A DNA stretch of 64,000 nt from a virus (Duplodnaviria; Caudoviricetes). The position numbers and the translations under genes were made by a program. The notes beneath the pieces are model-generated. The model was not told the DNA's origin, made no database searches, and saw only the letters and a list, made by a program, of their open reading frames with translations. Positions 20,008 through 31,704 of the stretch are shown here, piece by piece. The stretch spans positions 32,001-96,000 of IMG/VR virus record IMGVR_UViG_3300024346_000014. One strand, given 5' to 3'. Each line of letters opens with the position of its first letter. Positions within the stretch are counted from its first letter, which is position 1.

Positions 20008-20525
20008 TAGCTAGCTTCTTTACATTTTTGTAAATACCTAGGTAATAATTGAGTCCAATTCTGGGCATAATATCCATTATCTTCTTTTATATAAGTTGAC
20101 ATTATATCACCTGTACCTTCATGGTCTAATTTAAATACATAGTGTCCAAGCTCATGATATATTAAAGCTTTAAGTTGATCTCTTTCCATAGGCCTGTTTA
20201 GAATCCATATTGTTCTAGTACTTAAATCGGATCTGCCCATTATATCTGTAGTGGATTCGCTGTTTAAGAAACCGTATGGTATACTATCTACTATCAATAT
20301 TCGGTCTACTGTTTTAATCTCTGTATCAGCATCTATTCCTGCATTATTAATATCCTGTTTCCATTCAGAAACAATTGACTCTACTTTACTAGAATTATAT
20401 ACTGGATCCTGTTCATTATTGATAACAGCCCATACAGAATATCCTATCAATATTCCTATAGTAATCAGTGTACCCAATGTTTTGAGTACGTTTGGTTTAT
20501 CTTGTATGTATATTCCTTTTGCCAT
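20007..20525 (-). CDS. membrane-anchored zinc metallopeptidase-like protein
   Basis: N-terminal TM; HELGHYVFKLDH plus Met-turn DIMS. Confidence 0.75.
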   Translation of the reverse strand: MAKGIYIQDKPNVLKTLGTLITIGILIGYSVWAVINNEQDPVYNSSKVESIVSEWKQDINNAGIDADTEIKTVDRILIVDSIPYGFLNSESTTDIMGRSDLSTRTIWILNRPMERDQLKALIYHELGHYVFKLDHEGTGDIMSTYIKEDNGYYAQNWTQLLPRYLQKCKEAS

Positions 20526-20891
20526 CTTTATTATTATACTAATTTATTCCCAGTTAAAAAAGGTTTTTCCTAGTTCTTCTACAAAAAGAAGACCACTTTC
20601 AGCCATTTGTAGATATATTAAATTTACCTCGTCCTGACTCGTTGATCTATAATGTCTAATATCTCTTAAATAATCCTTTTTTCTTTGAGCAATAAAGTCT
20701 TCTATGTCCTGTAACTTTGCTTTATGTTGCATATTTAAATTTAAATGGATATACAGAGGATCTCTGTTTTAAGGTTTCAGATCACTAGCGCCTGTGTTGT
20801 CCCCTCCTCTGTATATCGCCTGCTTTGTTATTTTAAAACCTTTCTATATTATATATTATACTAAAATATTACACAAAAGTATAATTATATG

Positions 20892-21257
20892 TTATGATAT
20901 TACGTTTTCAACTAGGTCATCTATAGAACCATATGCACTCTTGACATGCCAGTTGTTGTTTTTAGTAAATAGGTATCCATACTCTTCAATGTCACTGCTA
21001 TAGTAATCATCTACTGATGCATGAACATTTGGTTCCTCTAATTCCTCTCCTCTTGATTCACCGTATTTTTCATAATAGGATTCATCTACTGTAGATCTGC
21101 TACCTTCGTCTATAAAGTCTTCCACTTCTCTCGTTGAATTAAAACTTCGATTTAATAAGTCTTGTCCTACTCCATCTGGATATCCATCCCAATGACAGTA
21201 TACTGATTTAACTGTTCCGTTGTCTAATTCCACTGCAATTCTTGATCTTGTTGCCAT
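20892..21257 (-). CDS. conserved phage hypothetical protein
   Basis: MATRSRIAV...SVYCHWDGYPDGVG...EYGYLF. Confidence 0.8.
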   Translation of the reverse strand: MATRSRIAVELDNGTVKSVYCHWDGYPDGVGQDLLNRSFNSTREVEDFIDEGSRSTVDESYYEKYGESRGEELEEPNVHASVDDYYSSDIEEYGYLFTKNNNWHVKSAYGSIDDLVENVIS

Positions 21258-21326
21258 AATTATTTTGTTTTTGTTATTAATTGTTATATAGCTAATATAC
21301 TAAATTACTTACACAAAATAAAACTT

Positions 21327-22504
21327 TTATGCAATTAGTTTGCCTTGCTCTTGAACCTGTTGGTTAAAATAGATTTCCATAGATTCCTCTTCTTTTAACT
21401 TAGTTGCAACCCATATTATTTGAGCTTTAGCTCTCTGACGTTTTTTACGTGTTTCAGCTGCGCTGCCTCCTTTAATACAGTTTGATACTGAGTTAAGAGT
21501 ATTTAAGTATGACCTAAGATACCTTACATTACCTATAGTTATTCTTCTTAAATCTATAAGATCTGCTAGTTTTTCCCTATTAACTTGTTGAGCCAATATC
21601 TCCTTCGCCAAGACATCAAGCCTTTCCTGTTCCTGTTTAGATTCTATTATATTGTTTATCCACTTTAACATATCTATATTATACTAAAAATTTACTACGG
21701 AGTAGTTTCCTGTAGAGCCTCTTCCCTCTCTTTTATTATCTGATATACTACTTCATCTACTACTTTATCATATATGGCCATTTGGTCTTTGGTAAAGTCA
21801 GGGTACTTAGCGCCATGGTCGCATTTAATAAACTGTTCTAGTTTTTCAAAAGAATCCCTATCATCCATATATAGGTCTAATTCATCGAGCATTTCTTCAT
21901 AGAATGGATTTATACTCTGTTCTCCCCATGATTCTTGAAATACATTACCGTTTCCGTTATTGCAGAAATCATAGTATAACCTGCATATTGCCCTTAGCAT
22001 TTTACCATGGTCTGTTTCTGCTTCGCCTGATGCAGGTACTAGTTCCTTTTCTAATTTATCAAATTCTTTTTGATATGCACCATCCTCTTTCCAATAACTT
22101 TTACCTTTGCGTGTGTTCTTTTTCTTCATTCCTTTTTTTTTAAACTCTATTTGCAATATAACCTACTGGATCCTTGATTCCTTTGGATTCCAAGTATTCT
22201 TTTAAACCTTCTTCTTCGTATACTATTGAGTCAGCTATGTCATATGCTTCGTCATCTGGTATACCGCTGCTGAATCCTAGATCCTTTAGCAATTTCTGTA
22301 ACCTTTCTTCTGTGTACTTTGCCATGTCTATCCTTTTAATATATTAGTTAATCTTGCTGGTATTACTTTGGTGTAATTACAAGTGTCACAGCACCTTCCG
22401 TCTTCAACCAGGGGATCTGCATTATGACCCTGGTCCCAGAATACTTTACCCGTTGATGAGTCTACTTGTTTCTCGATTTCTTCTTTACAAATTGAACATT
22501 CCAT
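21327..22504 (-). CDS. four short ORFs (21327-21671, 21695-22156, 22140-22325, and 22328-22504, a Cys-rich ORF missing from the track)
   Basis: 22328-22504 reads MECSICK...GHNADP...GRCCDTCN...VIPAR behind an array promoter. Confidence 0.7.
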
Positions 22505-22582
22505 AATTATTTTGTTTTTGTTATAATACTAATATACTAAATTAATTACACAGAATATAATTTTTATGTAAATAGTTTACCT

Positions 22583-23312
22583 TTATCCTATGCTACTTCT
22601 TTTAGGTGAATATTCCCATGGACCATTTACAATAGTGTTAACGTACCTCGTTGTTGGTACCGCTTCCACAAATCGCCAATGCATTTCTCCATGCTCGTCT
22701 TCTATTCTTACCCAACCTATGTCGGTATCTTCACCAATGTAAATGCTATTTGCAAAGTCTTTGGCATCTTGTTTATTCTTAAAGAACTTTATCATCTTTG
22801 AAGAAACTGATTCTTCGCTCTTTTCAAAAGGGATGAGGTCGTCATTATCCATTTGTACTACTCCATTTCCAATTGAAACAAAATATCCATAGTCTATGCC
22901 GCTACCTACATGTTGCCTTGCTAACTCTTCTACTTCTGGGTCGTGTTTAAATTCTGTGTAATTTTTCATATCTATTTTTTAAATCTGCTATTTGTTTTTT
23001 CATACTTATCTAAGAACGTTGCAAAGTTCATCTGCTCATTTGGATTCTCGCGGTTCCACTTGGCTTGAGCCTTCTTTATCCTATTGTATTGGGATACTGT
23101 TTCGTTCTTCATAATTAATTTAATGTTTCAGTTCTAACTTCTGCATATATTTCTCCCCCATCTGCTTCACTATCTCCTTCATGATATTCCATATCATTTT
23201 CTTCTGCTACTTCCTTTAACGCTAAAATAGCCTCATCTCTTTCTTTGTAAACCAGTGTTGATATATAATCAGGCGTGGTTTCTAATAATACATATACTTC
23301 TTTGTTATTCAT
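22583..23312 (-). CDS. short acidic ORFs (22583-22969, 23115-23312)
   Basis: Behind the array promoter at about 23326. Confidence 0.65.
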
Positions 23313-23431
23313 AATTAATTTGTTTTTGTTATATAGCTAATATACTAAATATATACACAAAATAAAACTATTGTGCTAACTAGTTTACCTTTATGTTTGT
23401 GAATAATAGTAGTTGACAAACCTCTGTTCAT

Positions 23432-23513
23432 AAAAAAATACCCAGCTATATGCTAACCGGGTATCAATAAACAAAAAAATACCCAGCTATATGCTAACCG
23501 GGTATCAATAAAC
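23432..23513 (-). repeat. perfect 41-bp tandem duplication of a terminator
   Basis: aaaaaaatacccagctatatgctaaccgggtatcaataaac x2. Confidence 0.95.
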
Positions 23514-23589
23514 AAAATCTACAATAGTAGCTCTTGAATAGTTATTATACTAAATGTTTACTACGGAGTAGCCTTTATCTAAATATTTT

Positions 23590-24475
23590 CTACCACCAAC
23601 TATCATAGAATACAGTATACCCTTCTTTAATAGCTCCGCTTGCCTGTTTGCAAAATTCCAGGTCATGTCTCTCCTGTTCCTCGTCTCTAATAGATTCTCC
23701 AAAAAAGAACCCACTGGTTTGAGGAAGATTATTATCTAGTATATCTTGTGCTAGATTATCAATGTCTTCTTGGGTTAATGCAACAGGTGCACAATTAAAA
23801 TCAGGATTCTGCCCACCTTTCTTTTCATATAACCTTTGCATCCAACCTTGTAAGTTAGGGTGCTTACGCCAATAGTTGATTTCATCATAGGCGTTTTTGT
23901 TTGATTCAACTGCCTTGTTTAACTCTTCTCCAAAGTCTACTGCTTTGCTAAGTTTTACCTTTGTCATGTATGCATACTGGTCTAGTCCCATTGTTATTGT
24001 TTTTAAGTTTAATATTGTTCTCCATAAAGACCATTCTTATGGTCCTTTTCTAATTGTACCTTTGCGTCTTCCAACTCCCGTTTCCAGTCGTAGTATTTAC
24101 TATCTAAATCCGGGTTTGAATAATGTCTAGCATCGATGGGTAACCATTCTAAGAAGTCTTCTACATCATCTTCTTCATATAATATTGGTCCAAATGCTTG
24201 CATTGTTGTGGTGCAGTATAATGCTTTCTCACCATCTTTGTTTTCTATGTATCCTACTGCCATTACTTCTTGATTATATGGTATCTATTAGCTAATGTAT
24301 TCCATATCACCTGAATCGCTGTGGTGCCATATACGGCCATCTCTGGACTGGTGCTACTTTCAATTACTTGCTTAGCATAGTTAAATGCCTCCATTATATC
24401 TTCGCGGTCTGCGAACATTGCGGTTTCTTGCAATCCAATTGGGGTACCTGTTACTGTTTCTGTTTCTTCTGTCAT
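23590..24475 (-). CDS. three ORFs (23590-23991 conserved phage MGLD...YWRK family; 24009-24263; 24263-24475)
   Basis: MGLDQYAY...YWRKHPNLQGWM...GFFFG...YDSWW. Confidence 0.75.
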
Positions 24476-24546
24476 AATTATTTGTTTTTGTTATATAGCT
24501 AATATACTAATAATCTACACAATAAAAAAATCCTGTGTAATAAAGT

Positions 24547-24771
24547 TTACCTTTGTCTCCTACTGATTTGACTTGCGTATGCCCAGTGTCCATTGTCTAA
24601 TGTAACTACTACATTTCTATCATATACTTGTGACCACTCTATTTCATTAACTGGGTCTCCATACTTTCCACCCTTTGTTAAATCAATACCTTCAACGATT
24701 GCTTGTTGAGGTGCATCGCTTCCCCAACTTCCTTTCCAAATTACCTTGTCTCCAATTTTTAATTTACTCAT
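24547..24771 (-). CDS. small beta-barrel-like hypothetical protein
   Basis: LKIGDKVIWKGSWG...LDNGHWAYASQI; has its own promoter. Confidence 0.7.
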   Translation of the reverse strand: MSKLKIGDKVIWKGSWGSDAPQQAIVEGIDLTKGGKYGDPVNEIEWSQVYDRNVVVTLDNGHWAYASQISRRQR

Positions 24772-24884
24772 AATTATTTTGTTTTTGTTATAGTATAAAT
24801 ATAATAATAATTCTTCACAAATAAAAACTTTTGTGCAATTAGTTTACCTCCATGTTCTGTGGATTCAGGATTCAAGTAAACCCT

Positions 24885-24909
24885 AAAAAACCCGGTATAA
24901 AACCGGGTT
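24885..24909 (-). terminator. intrinsic terminator
   Basis: aaaaAACCCGG-tataaaa-CCGGGTT. Confidence 0.85.
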
Positions 24910-24918
24910 GATATTATT

Positions 24919-25335
24919 TTAATAACATATGTATGGTTCATTATAAAAAATCCATCTATCCCAATTTTCTACTTTATATCCCTTTTCATAATTGAACGTT
25001 TTATATATAATTTTTCCTTCAGTTACATCTTCTATTAAATCGCTTATGAATTTATCGTTTTTATTTGGGTGTTTATTATATCTTTTAATCACCTCTTTGA
25101 TATCTTCCTCTTCCATCCATGCAAAGTCTCTACAAAGACAGGTTAAGAACTTTACATCATCTTCTGGATATGACTCTTCTGAAAGTTGCCAATCTTCTAA
25201 GCTATACATAGTTATTGATTTGGTCAACTTATTACGTAACTTTTTTAAATCATCTATTAGCTTTTCTATGGAATCAACTTTACTCCATTTGCTCTCAACT
25301 AAATTTAGTATTTCTTTTCTTACTTCATTTGCCAT
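24919..25335 (-). CDS. hypothetical cassette cargo
   Basis: Own promoter and terminator; flanks match those of 30107..30439. Confidence 0.75.
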   Translation of the reverse strand: MANEVRKEILNLVESKWSKVDSIEKLIDDLKKLRNKLTKSITMYSLEDWQLSEESYPEDDVKFLTCLCRDFAWMEEEDIKEVIKRYNKHPNKNDKFISDLIEDVTEGKIIYKTFNYEKGYKVENWDRWIFYNEPYICY

Positions 25336-25471
25336 CCTTTCTTTTTTTAATTATTATTATTAATTTGTTATACTATAAATATAACTATTACTTTACACAA
25401 ATAAAAACTTTTGTGTAAGTATTATACCTTTGTCTATATTGTACTGGCTGTGATTTACCAAACCTGTATGC

Positions 25472-25498
25472 AAAAAAAACCCGCAATAAATGCGGGTT
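25472..25498 (-). terminator. intrinsic terminator after the sigma gene
   Basis: aaaaaaAACCCGCA-ataaa-TGCGGGTT. Confidence 0.85.
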
Positions 25499-25572
25499 AA
25501 AAATACCTACGTCCTCGATTCACTACTTTCAAGTGGAGCCCGGTTCACGGCGGTCACTACGGAGTAACCTTT

Positions 25573-26292
25573 TTATACAGCTACTCTTAATTCAGAGAGT
25601 GTCTTATTAACTATTCTACTTACTCCAACTTTAGACATACCAAACTCATCTGAAAGTAACTGGCCTGTTAATGGATAGTCTCTACCTATTCCAAAGTAAG
25701 CTTTAACGATTTCCCTGTCTTTATCTCTATTGATTTTATTCAAGTACTTATTTACTAGATCGTTTATAAACTCATCTTGGTATTTTGTTTCTATACTAGG
25801 TTGACATTGATTAAACATATCTCCATATGTAGCATTACCTTCATCGCTTATCTTCTGGTCTAAGCTAAGTGTGTTTAAGTTAGCTACTTCTTTACCCGCT
25901 TTTTTAGCTTTAAAGATATCAAACTCATGGTTCATTGGTAATCTTACGATTCTCCCAACGGTTGCCACTGAGTCATTGATATACTTTTTAATCCAGAGTT
26001 GAGCGTAACTTGAAAATTTGGATTTTCCAGGCGTAAACCTTTTTAAAGCTTCCATGGTTCCAATGTTTCCTTCCTGAACCAGATCCATTACCGGAACTCC
26101 TTGTCCCATGTATTTGTTAGCTGCTTTAACTACCATCTTACTGCAACTATTAACCACACGATTAATTGCTTTAGAGTTGCCCGATTGAGCTAATGGGATT
26201 AATTCTAATTCCTCCTCTTTAGTTAAAGATTTACTTGTTGATTCTACTTCTCTAAAATATAGAGCTAATTCTCTTGATGCTTCAAATTTCAT
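25573..26292 (-). CDS. sigma70-family RNA polymerase sigma factor
   Basis: LTKEEELEL, DLVQEGNIGTMEALKRF...KFSSYAQLWIK, RIVRLP, LSLD, region-4 HTH. Confidence 0.92.
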   Translation of the reverse strand: MKFEASRELALYFREVESTSKSLTKEEELELIPLAQSGNSKAINRVVNSCSKMVVKAANKYMGQGVPVMDLVQEGNIGTMEALKRFTPGKSKFSSYAQLWIKKYINDSVATVGRIVRLPMNHEFDIFKAKKAGKEVANLNTLSLDQKISDEGNATYGDMFNQCQPSIETKYQDEFINDLVNKYLNKINRDKDREIVKAYFGIGRDYPLTGQLLSDEFGMSKVGVSRIVNKTLSELRVAV

Positions 26293-26394
26293 AATGATTA
26301 TTTTTGTTTTGTTATTAATTGTTATACTGTAAATATAATAAAAGTTTACACAAATAAAAATTCCTGTGTAAAAAGTTTACCTCTAAGTTAATTT

Positions 26395-26872
26395 TTAGTC
26401 TACTACGCCACTACGGAGTGATTCTAATCTAGTGATTCTTCTTCTAAGTTTCGCTCTTAGTTTTCTCTTCTCTAATTTTCTAAAATATGGACCGTGGTTA
26501 TAAGGCGTATACCCCTGTGGTCCAGCCCATGCTGATTCTATTCGAGTTCGGTCTGTTTCTAGGAAAAGGATACGGGACTCGATACCCCGTATCTCTTCTT
26601 TAACCTTTTCTACTTGTGTCATCTTAGCCTTCCCAAACTTCTGATGAATGTGAAACAGATCTCCATGATTGATTCTGAATACAAAAGAACGGTGTTACTC
26701 CAGTAGGCCTACGACCTGTTCCACTGGGACGTTTATCAAAAGGAATTTCCTCTAGATTAGTTGTTCCATATGCTTCGCGTAATTCGCCGCCTACTTTCTT
26801 GAAATAGAATTTAACAATCCCTGTTGTTAATAGTTCTCTTAAACCTGTGTGTGTTACTGATGATTTTGCCAT
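26395..26872 (-). CDS. 26395-26622 hypothetical; 26624-26872 WYL_2/DUF2693-like SH3 beta-barrel
   Basis: IVKFYFKKVGGELREAYGTTN...QSWRS. Confidence 0.7.
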
Positions 26873-27305
26873 AATTATTTTGTTTTTGTTATAGTATAAA
26901 TATAATCATTTATTACATAAAATAAAAATCCTGTGTAAAAAGTTTACCTCTGTGAATATATTAAATTACTTTAATTAAATCTTTAAGTTTACTTCTTATT
27001 TCCTGATTCATTTTTATATTACCACTTTGTGTAAGCACTACCGATGGACCTTGTAATGATAATATATAATCAGCATAAGTAAAGCCTTCTTTTTTTAAGA
27101 TATCTTCTACTATTTTTATTGTATTCATAAGTATTTTGTTTTTAAGTTATAAGTAAATATAAGAATAATTATACACAATAAAAAACTATTGTGTAAGTAT
27201 TATACCTTCAAGAAAAAGGATACAGGATCATTGGTGTAAACCTGTTACTAAACCCTAAAAAAGGCGAACCTAATAGATTCACCTTTTAGTAGTTTAGTTT
27301 AGTTA

Positions 27306-27566
27306 TTAAGAATTAACTAGAGTTTCGTTTCTTTTTGCAGAGAAATCTTTAATTACTTGAAAGTTTTTCTTTCTTCCTCTTGTAAGGTCATATGCTGCGT
27401 TAAGAACTCTTCCGTTTTCAGTCTTGCCTTCGATAACATTCTTTACCGTTGTTGGACTAAATTCTGTTTTTCTTGCTACTTTTGACATATCACCATGTCT
27501 AAGTCTTTGATTAACCACTACTAATTTTTGAACAGTAGATAGTTTTTTGTAGGTTGTGTTACTCAT
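27306..27566 (-). CDS. small HTH-like DNA-binding protein
   Basis: GDMSKVARKTEFSPTTVKNVIEG; terminator at 27256-27287. Confidence 0.55.
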   Translation of the reverse strand: MSNTTYKKLSTVQKLVVVNQRLRHGDMSKVARKTEFSPTTVKNVIEGKTENGRVLNAAYDLTRGRKKNFQVIKDFSAKRNETLVNS

Positions 27567-27596
27567 ATAAATATTATTTTTTTGTATAATCTTATA

Positions 27597-28330
27597 CTAG
27601 GATTGAGTTACGGGTTTTACTTTGATGTTAAATTTTTCAATTAACTGATTTCTTACAGATAATATAACTTGACATTTTTCGTATTCTTCCTTTTCTTTGT
27701 ATTCTTCCTCCATAACATGAAGGTCTTCTAAAACCGCTAAATGACAATGCTTTAACATTATCGGCGCTTCACTGTAATACTCTAAATCTTTGGTTAATTG
27801 ATGAGAGTATACATCAAGTAATGCATACTCCATTATTTCTTTATCTTCTTCTGCTATTACTAATTCCTCTTTCATACTATCGAGAAACCATTTATCTTCT
27901 TTATCTAAAAATGACATTAAAACATTGGGTAATTTTTATTGCTTAATGATTGACCATTCAGCATTATTTTTTAGAACAGCTTTAAACCTATTACCTTTAC
28001 CTTCTAAAGTATACATGATACCGGGTTCTGCATGTTTAATATTTAGTTCGCAATCTATTTTATATTTTTTAAAAATAGCCTTGCTTATATTAAAATAGTC
28101 TTGTTCTATATTTCTCATTTACTATTGTTATTTTTAAAAGTGATACCATTATGTAAACAGTAAAGAACTACTACTCCATTTAAAGTTCCTATAAAAAACT
28201 TCCATATACCTGAATCTATTGCTGTTGCAAAACACCACATTAGGTATGATATCGCTAATATTCCTATAGTTAAAAACAATAGAAATGCATAATATATTAT
28301 ACTGCGTAATATGTTTTTGGTTTTTTCCAT
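27597..28330 (-). CDS. three short ORFs (27597-27917, 27936-28118, 28115-28330 membrane)
   Basis: Coupled ORFs behind the array promoter at 28343. Confidence 0.65.
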
Positions 28331-28519
28331 AATTATTTGTTTTTGTTATAGTATAAATATAATAATAACTATACACAAAAGGAAATATTTGTGCAACTAT
28401 TATACCTTCACAACTTTACTACAGATACTGCAACCTAAAGGTACGTTTACTACTGTACCTCCACATGTTAGCACCGATCTAACTTCATAAGGGTATTGCA
28501 CCTGCCAGACCGGTCCTCA

Positions 28520-28543
28520 TAAAAAAACCCGCCGAAGCGGGTT
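28520..28543 (-). terminator. intrinsic terminator
   Basis: AACCCGC-TTCG-GCGGGTTTTTTT on minus. Confidence 0.92.
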
Positions 28544-28564
28544 CATAACAAAAAAACAACACTA

Positions 28565-28804
28565 CTATGTAGTAGCCCTATTGAAAATATTAATCAATTT
28601 ATCTTTATCTCCAGGTCTCCATACAGGTTCTCCTATCTCCATCTCGATTCCTTCTTCCTCCATCATAGCTTCCTTCATTCTGGATTGCCATTGTTTTACA
28701 TCGCCTCCTGGCATAAACTGGTCGCAGTAAGCATAGTCTGCTAGTAAACCAAACTCTTTATTAGTTAAGTTTAATGCTTGGGTTAATTCTTGTTTTGTCT
28801 TCAT
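28565..28804 (-). CDS. hypothetical protein (true start MKTKQEL)
   Basis: The track's longer N-terminus is the translated promoter element. Confidence 0.7.
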   Translation of the reverse strand: MKTKQELTQALNLTNKEFGLLADYAYCDQFMPGGDVKQWQSRMKEAMMEEEGIEMEIGEPVWRPGDKDKLINIFNRATT

Positions 28805-28872
28805 ATTTTTATTATTAATTGTTATACTATAAATATAATAATAATTCTTCACAAATAAAAACTTCTGTGCAA

Positions 28873-29941
28873 TTAGCTTACCTCTATGAATACGTGCTTT
28901 GGTGGATTCTTTACAAAGTTATAGTTTGTAAACCATGCTTGGTATTCTGCTTCAAACTGGGTCTTACATGGTTGACAAAGATGTCTAACTCCTAAGTTAC
29001 CTTGCTTGTATTCTATTATACCTCCAGGTTGAAAGTATTGGGATAAGCTAGCAATGTCTTTTCTTTCGTGAATACTTCCACATTTGTCACATTGGTATTC
29101 TGTTGTTTTTCCTGATAGTCTCATATTGCTTAGATTTAATTAAGTTAATTTGTTCTCTAATATATTGTGCCCAATCATTAAAACTTTGAGCCGGTTCTTT
29201 TGGATATACTGTCTTCATGTTACTACGGAGTGATTATTAATGAAACTCTTTTTACTTCTTCTTCAGAGAAGGTTAATACTAAATCACCTCGATACTCATG
29301 TAACTTAGGTAACTTATGACTATACTTACCTTCAACACCAAACCTGTTTCTCAAGTAGAGAGATATGTCTAACATATCATCGCAGTTTAAACCATCCCTG
29401 AAAACCAAACGTTTCCAACCTGGGAGATGCCTCTCCTCCATTGAAGATACCTGAACGCCAGGACAATGTTGTTTAAAATCTTTTTTTAATGCTGTTAGTT
29501 CCTTGCTCATGTTATTATGTATATTATACTATAAATATTAAAGATTATTATCTAGATCCAAATCTAATGATTCTTCAACTAGCATTACGGTAATTTTACA
29601 AAATGCTTTATCATCGAGTTGAGCTTTTTCATACCTCCGTGCTAAGATGGTTAAGCCTAAGTAATCCATTACTTCATTGTTATGTTGCTCAACTATTTTA
29701 GCATACGTTTCGTCTGCATTACCTTCACTTGCGAATTTAAATATTTCTTGAATCATTACTTAGAGATTTTAGTTACTGACTTATCTAATACCATCATTGT
29801 CGCCACCGTCACCGCAGACACTGCGAGAAGAAGAGTTAATCCACTTAATAGGAAACTTAATACTGCGAAAGAAAGTCTCGCTGCGATCACCATTACTATT
29901 ACTAGAAATAGAAACTTAAAGAAAAATTTAATTGTTGTCAT
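28873..29941 (-). CDS. four short ORFs (28873-29124 zinc ribbon; 29223-29510; 29538-29756; 29756-29941 membrane)
   Basis: CDKC...CQPC; 29223 ends TP* on the 10-mer motif. Confidence 0.65.
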
Positions 29942-30106
29942 AATTGTTTTGTTTTAATTGTTATAAGTAAATATAACTATTACTTTACACAAATAAAAAC
30001 TTTTGTGTAATTATTTTACCTCTATGTTATGTGGATTCAGGATCCATGTAGACCCTAAAAAACCCGGTAGGAAACCGGGTTAATCTATCTTTTCTTTTTT
30101 TAATTA

Positions 30107-30439
30107 TTATTCCCCTATTACATAATTGTCCCAGGCTGTGTATAAATATAATTCATCGCGGTACATAGCACATCCGTCAACCATATAACTATCATACCCT
30201 ATTTCTTCACCTGTTATTTTTCCTATGTAACTATCTAATTGAGCATTAGGTCTTTCTTCTAGTATTTTATTCCACTCTTTTTTCCAACTGCTAGCCTTTT
30301 TGTGATTTTCTAGATTAAAGAACTCTAATGTTTCTTCGAGGAAATCAACCTTGTCTTTACTAAATGTTTTGATTTCAGTGTGACCGTCGTATTCGCGACA
30401 AAACAATTCTACCGTGGTTTCTACTACTTCGTCTTTCAT
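30107..30439 (-). CDS. hypothetical acidic cassette cargo
   Basis: Own promoter; terminator at 30057-30081. Confidence 0.75.
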   Translation of the reverse strand: MKDEVVETTVELFCREYDGHTEIKTFSKDKVDFLEETLEFFNLENHKKASSWKKEWNKILEERPNAQLDSYIGKITGEEIGYDSYMVDGCAMYRDELYLYTAWDNYVIGE

Positions 30440-30864
30440 CCTTTCCTTTTTAATTATTATTATTAATTTGTTATACAGTAAATATAACTATAATATTACA
30501 TATAATAATTGTTTTGTGTAATAAAGTTAACCTTCTTAAATAGGGATCGGGCTACTAACGCAGAGGTAGTGTAGTAAAGATACCTTCGTATCTAGAGCAC
30601 GTAGTAAAGTCACAGAGGTATTGCACCTGCTAATTGGGAAAAATCTTTGGGTTAATATCAAAACCGTGTTTTTCTTGGATTTCTTCTAACATTTTAATTG
30701 CTTCCTCTATGTTACCATCTTTTATGGAAAGTATAGCAATCTCTATGTCTTCTATTAAATCTATATTCATAGCTTTGTTTTTATTATATATCCCTACAAC
30801 CCCCGAAAAGCCTACGGTTAAGTAGACTAAACAGGTAACATAAAAACAAGTCTTAAATACTTTA

Positions 30865-31638
30865 CTACGGAGTGGCTGTTTGTTTCTCTGGAAACGCAAC
30901 CTTTAATTTAATATCATTTACTAATTCTTTTGCAAGTTCTAAAGTATTATTAACCTCATCAATAACTACATACTCATCTTTGGTATGATAACTATGATAC
31001 CCTGCTGCAAGATTCAAGCAAGGAAATCCAAACTTAATCATTAATTGATACACATCTGTATAAGGGTGACGTTGCCATTTAGTAATTCCTCTTTCTTTTA
31101 AGATAGGTTCTACTGTTCTTCCAAACGGGCTATCAATTTCAAAGAGAGCCTTGTTCATTAGAGTCATACTCATAGTGTCACCTTCTGGACTATCAAATTG
31201 TATTGCGTAATCTACATTACTGAAAAATTCAGGATCTGCTTCTTTACTTCCAATCATTCCAAACTCTTCGCCTACAAAGAATGCTACCTTCACGTTATCT
31301 AGCTGGTCTAGCATTTCAAGACAAAGATAAACTCCACATTTATCATCGCCTCCAATTCCAAGTTTAGAATGATCAACGCAATCTCTACCTTGAAGATGTC
31401 CTGCTGGGTTTATGTAAACTTCTAATCTTTCGTTTACTTTATGTACAGTGTCAGTATGACTAATAAAGCAGGGATACTGTTCAGCATCACCCTTAGTGAC
31501 ATAGATGCTCCCTAATTTATCTACTGTATAATTTAGCTTGGCTTCTTTTAAATACTCCTCTAGGAAGTTTATCATTTTGTCTTCTTCACCAAAATATGTG
31601 GGAATAGATAATACTTTTGTTAGTAATTCTTGATTCAT
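30865..31638 (-). CDS. M20/M28-family metallopeptidase
   Basis: SHTDTVH, GGDDKCG, GEEFGMIGS, QFD, YHSYHT. Confidence 0.88.
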   Translation of the reverse strand: MNQELLTKVLSIPTYFGEEDKMINFLEEYLKEAKLNYTVDKLGSIYVTKGDAEQYPCFISHTDTVHKVNERLEVYINPAGHLQGRDCVDHSKLGIGGDDKCGVYLCLEMLDQLDNVKVAFFVGEEFGMIGSKEADPEFFSNVDYAIQFDSPEGDTMSMTLMNKALFEIDSPFGRTVEPILKERGITKWQRHPYTDVYQLMIKFGFPCLNLAAGYHSYHTKDEYVVIDEVNNTLELAKELVNDIKLKVAFPEKQTATP

Positions 31639-31704
31639 TGTTTTTGTTTTTAATGTTATACTATAAATATAATACTAAAACCTGCTCTAAAAAAATAAAA
31701 CAGG

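Noticed and set aside
28149-28376. ORFs or extensions beginning YYYIYTIT or similar (also 28805-28852)
   Set aside because: These are the promoter element read through in frame
11545-30867. TAG recoding, suggested by several genes ending TP*/AP* at TAG
   Set aside because: Conserved enzymes are uninterrupted in the standard code, no suppressor tRNA is present, and the TAGs are explained by the 10-mer motif
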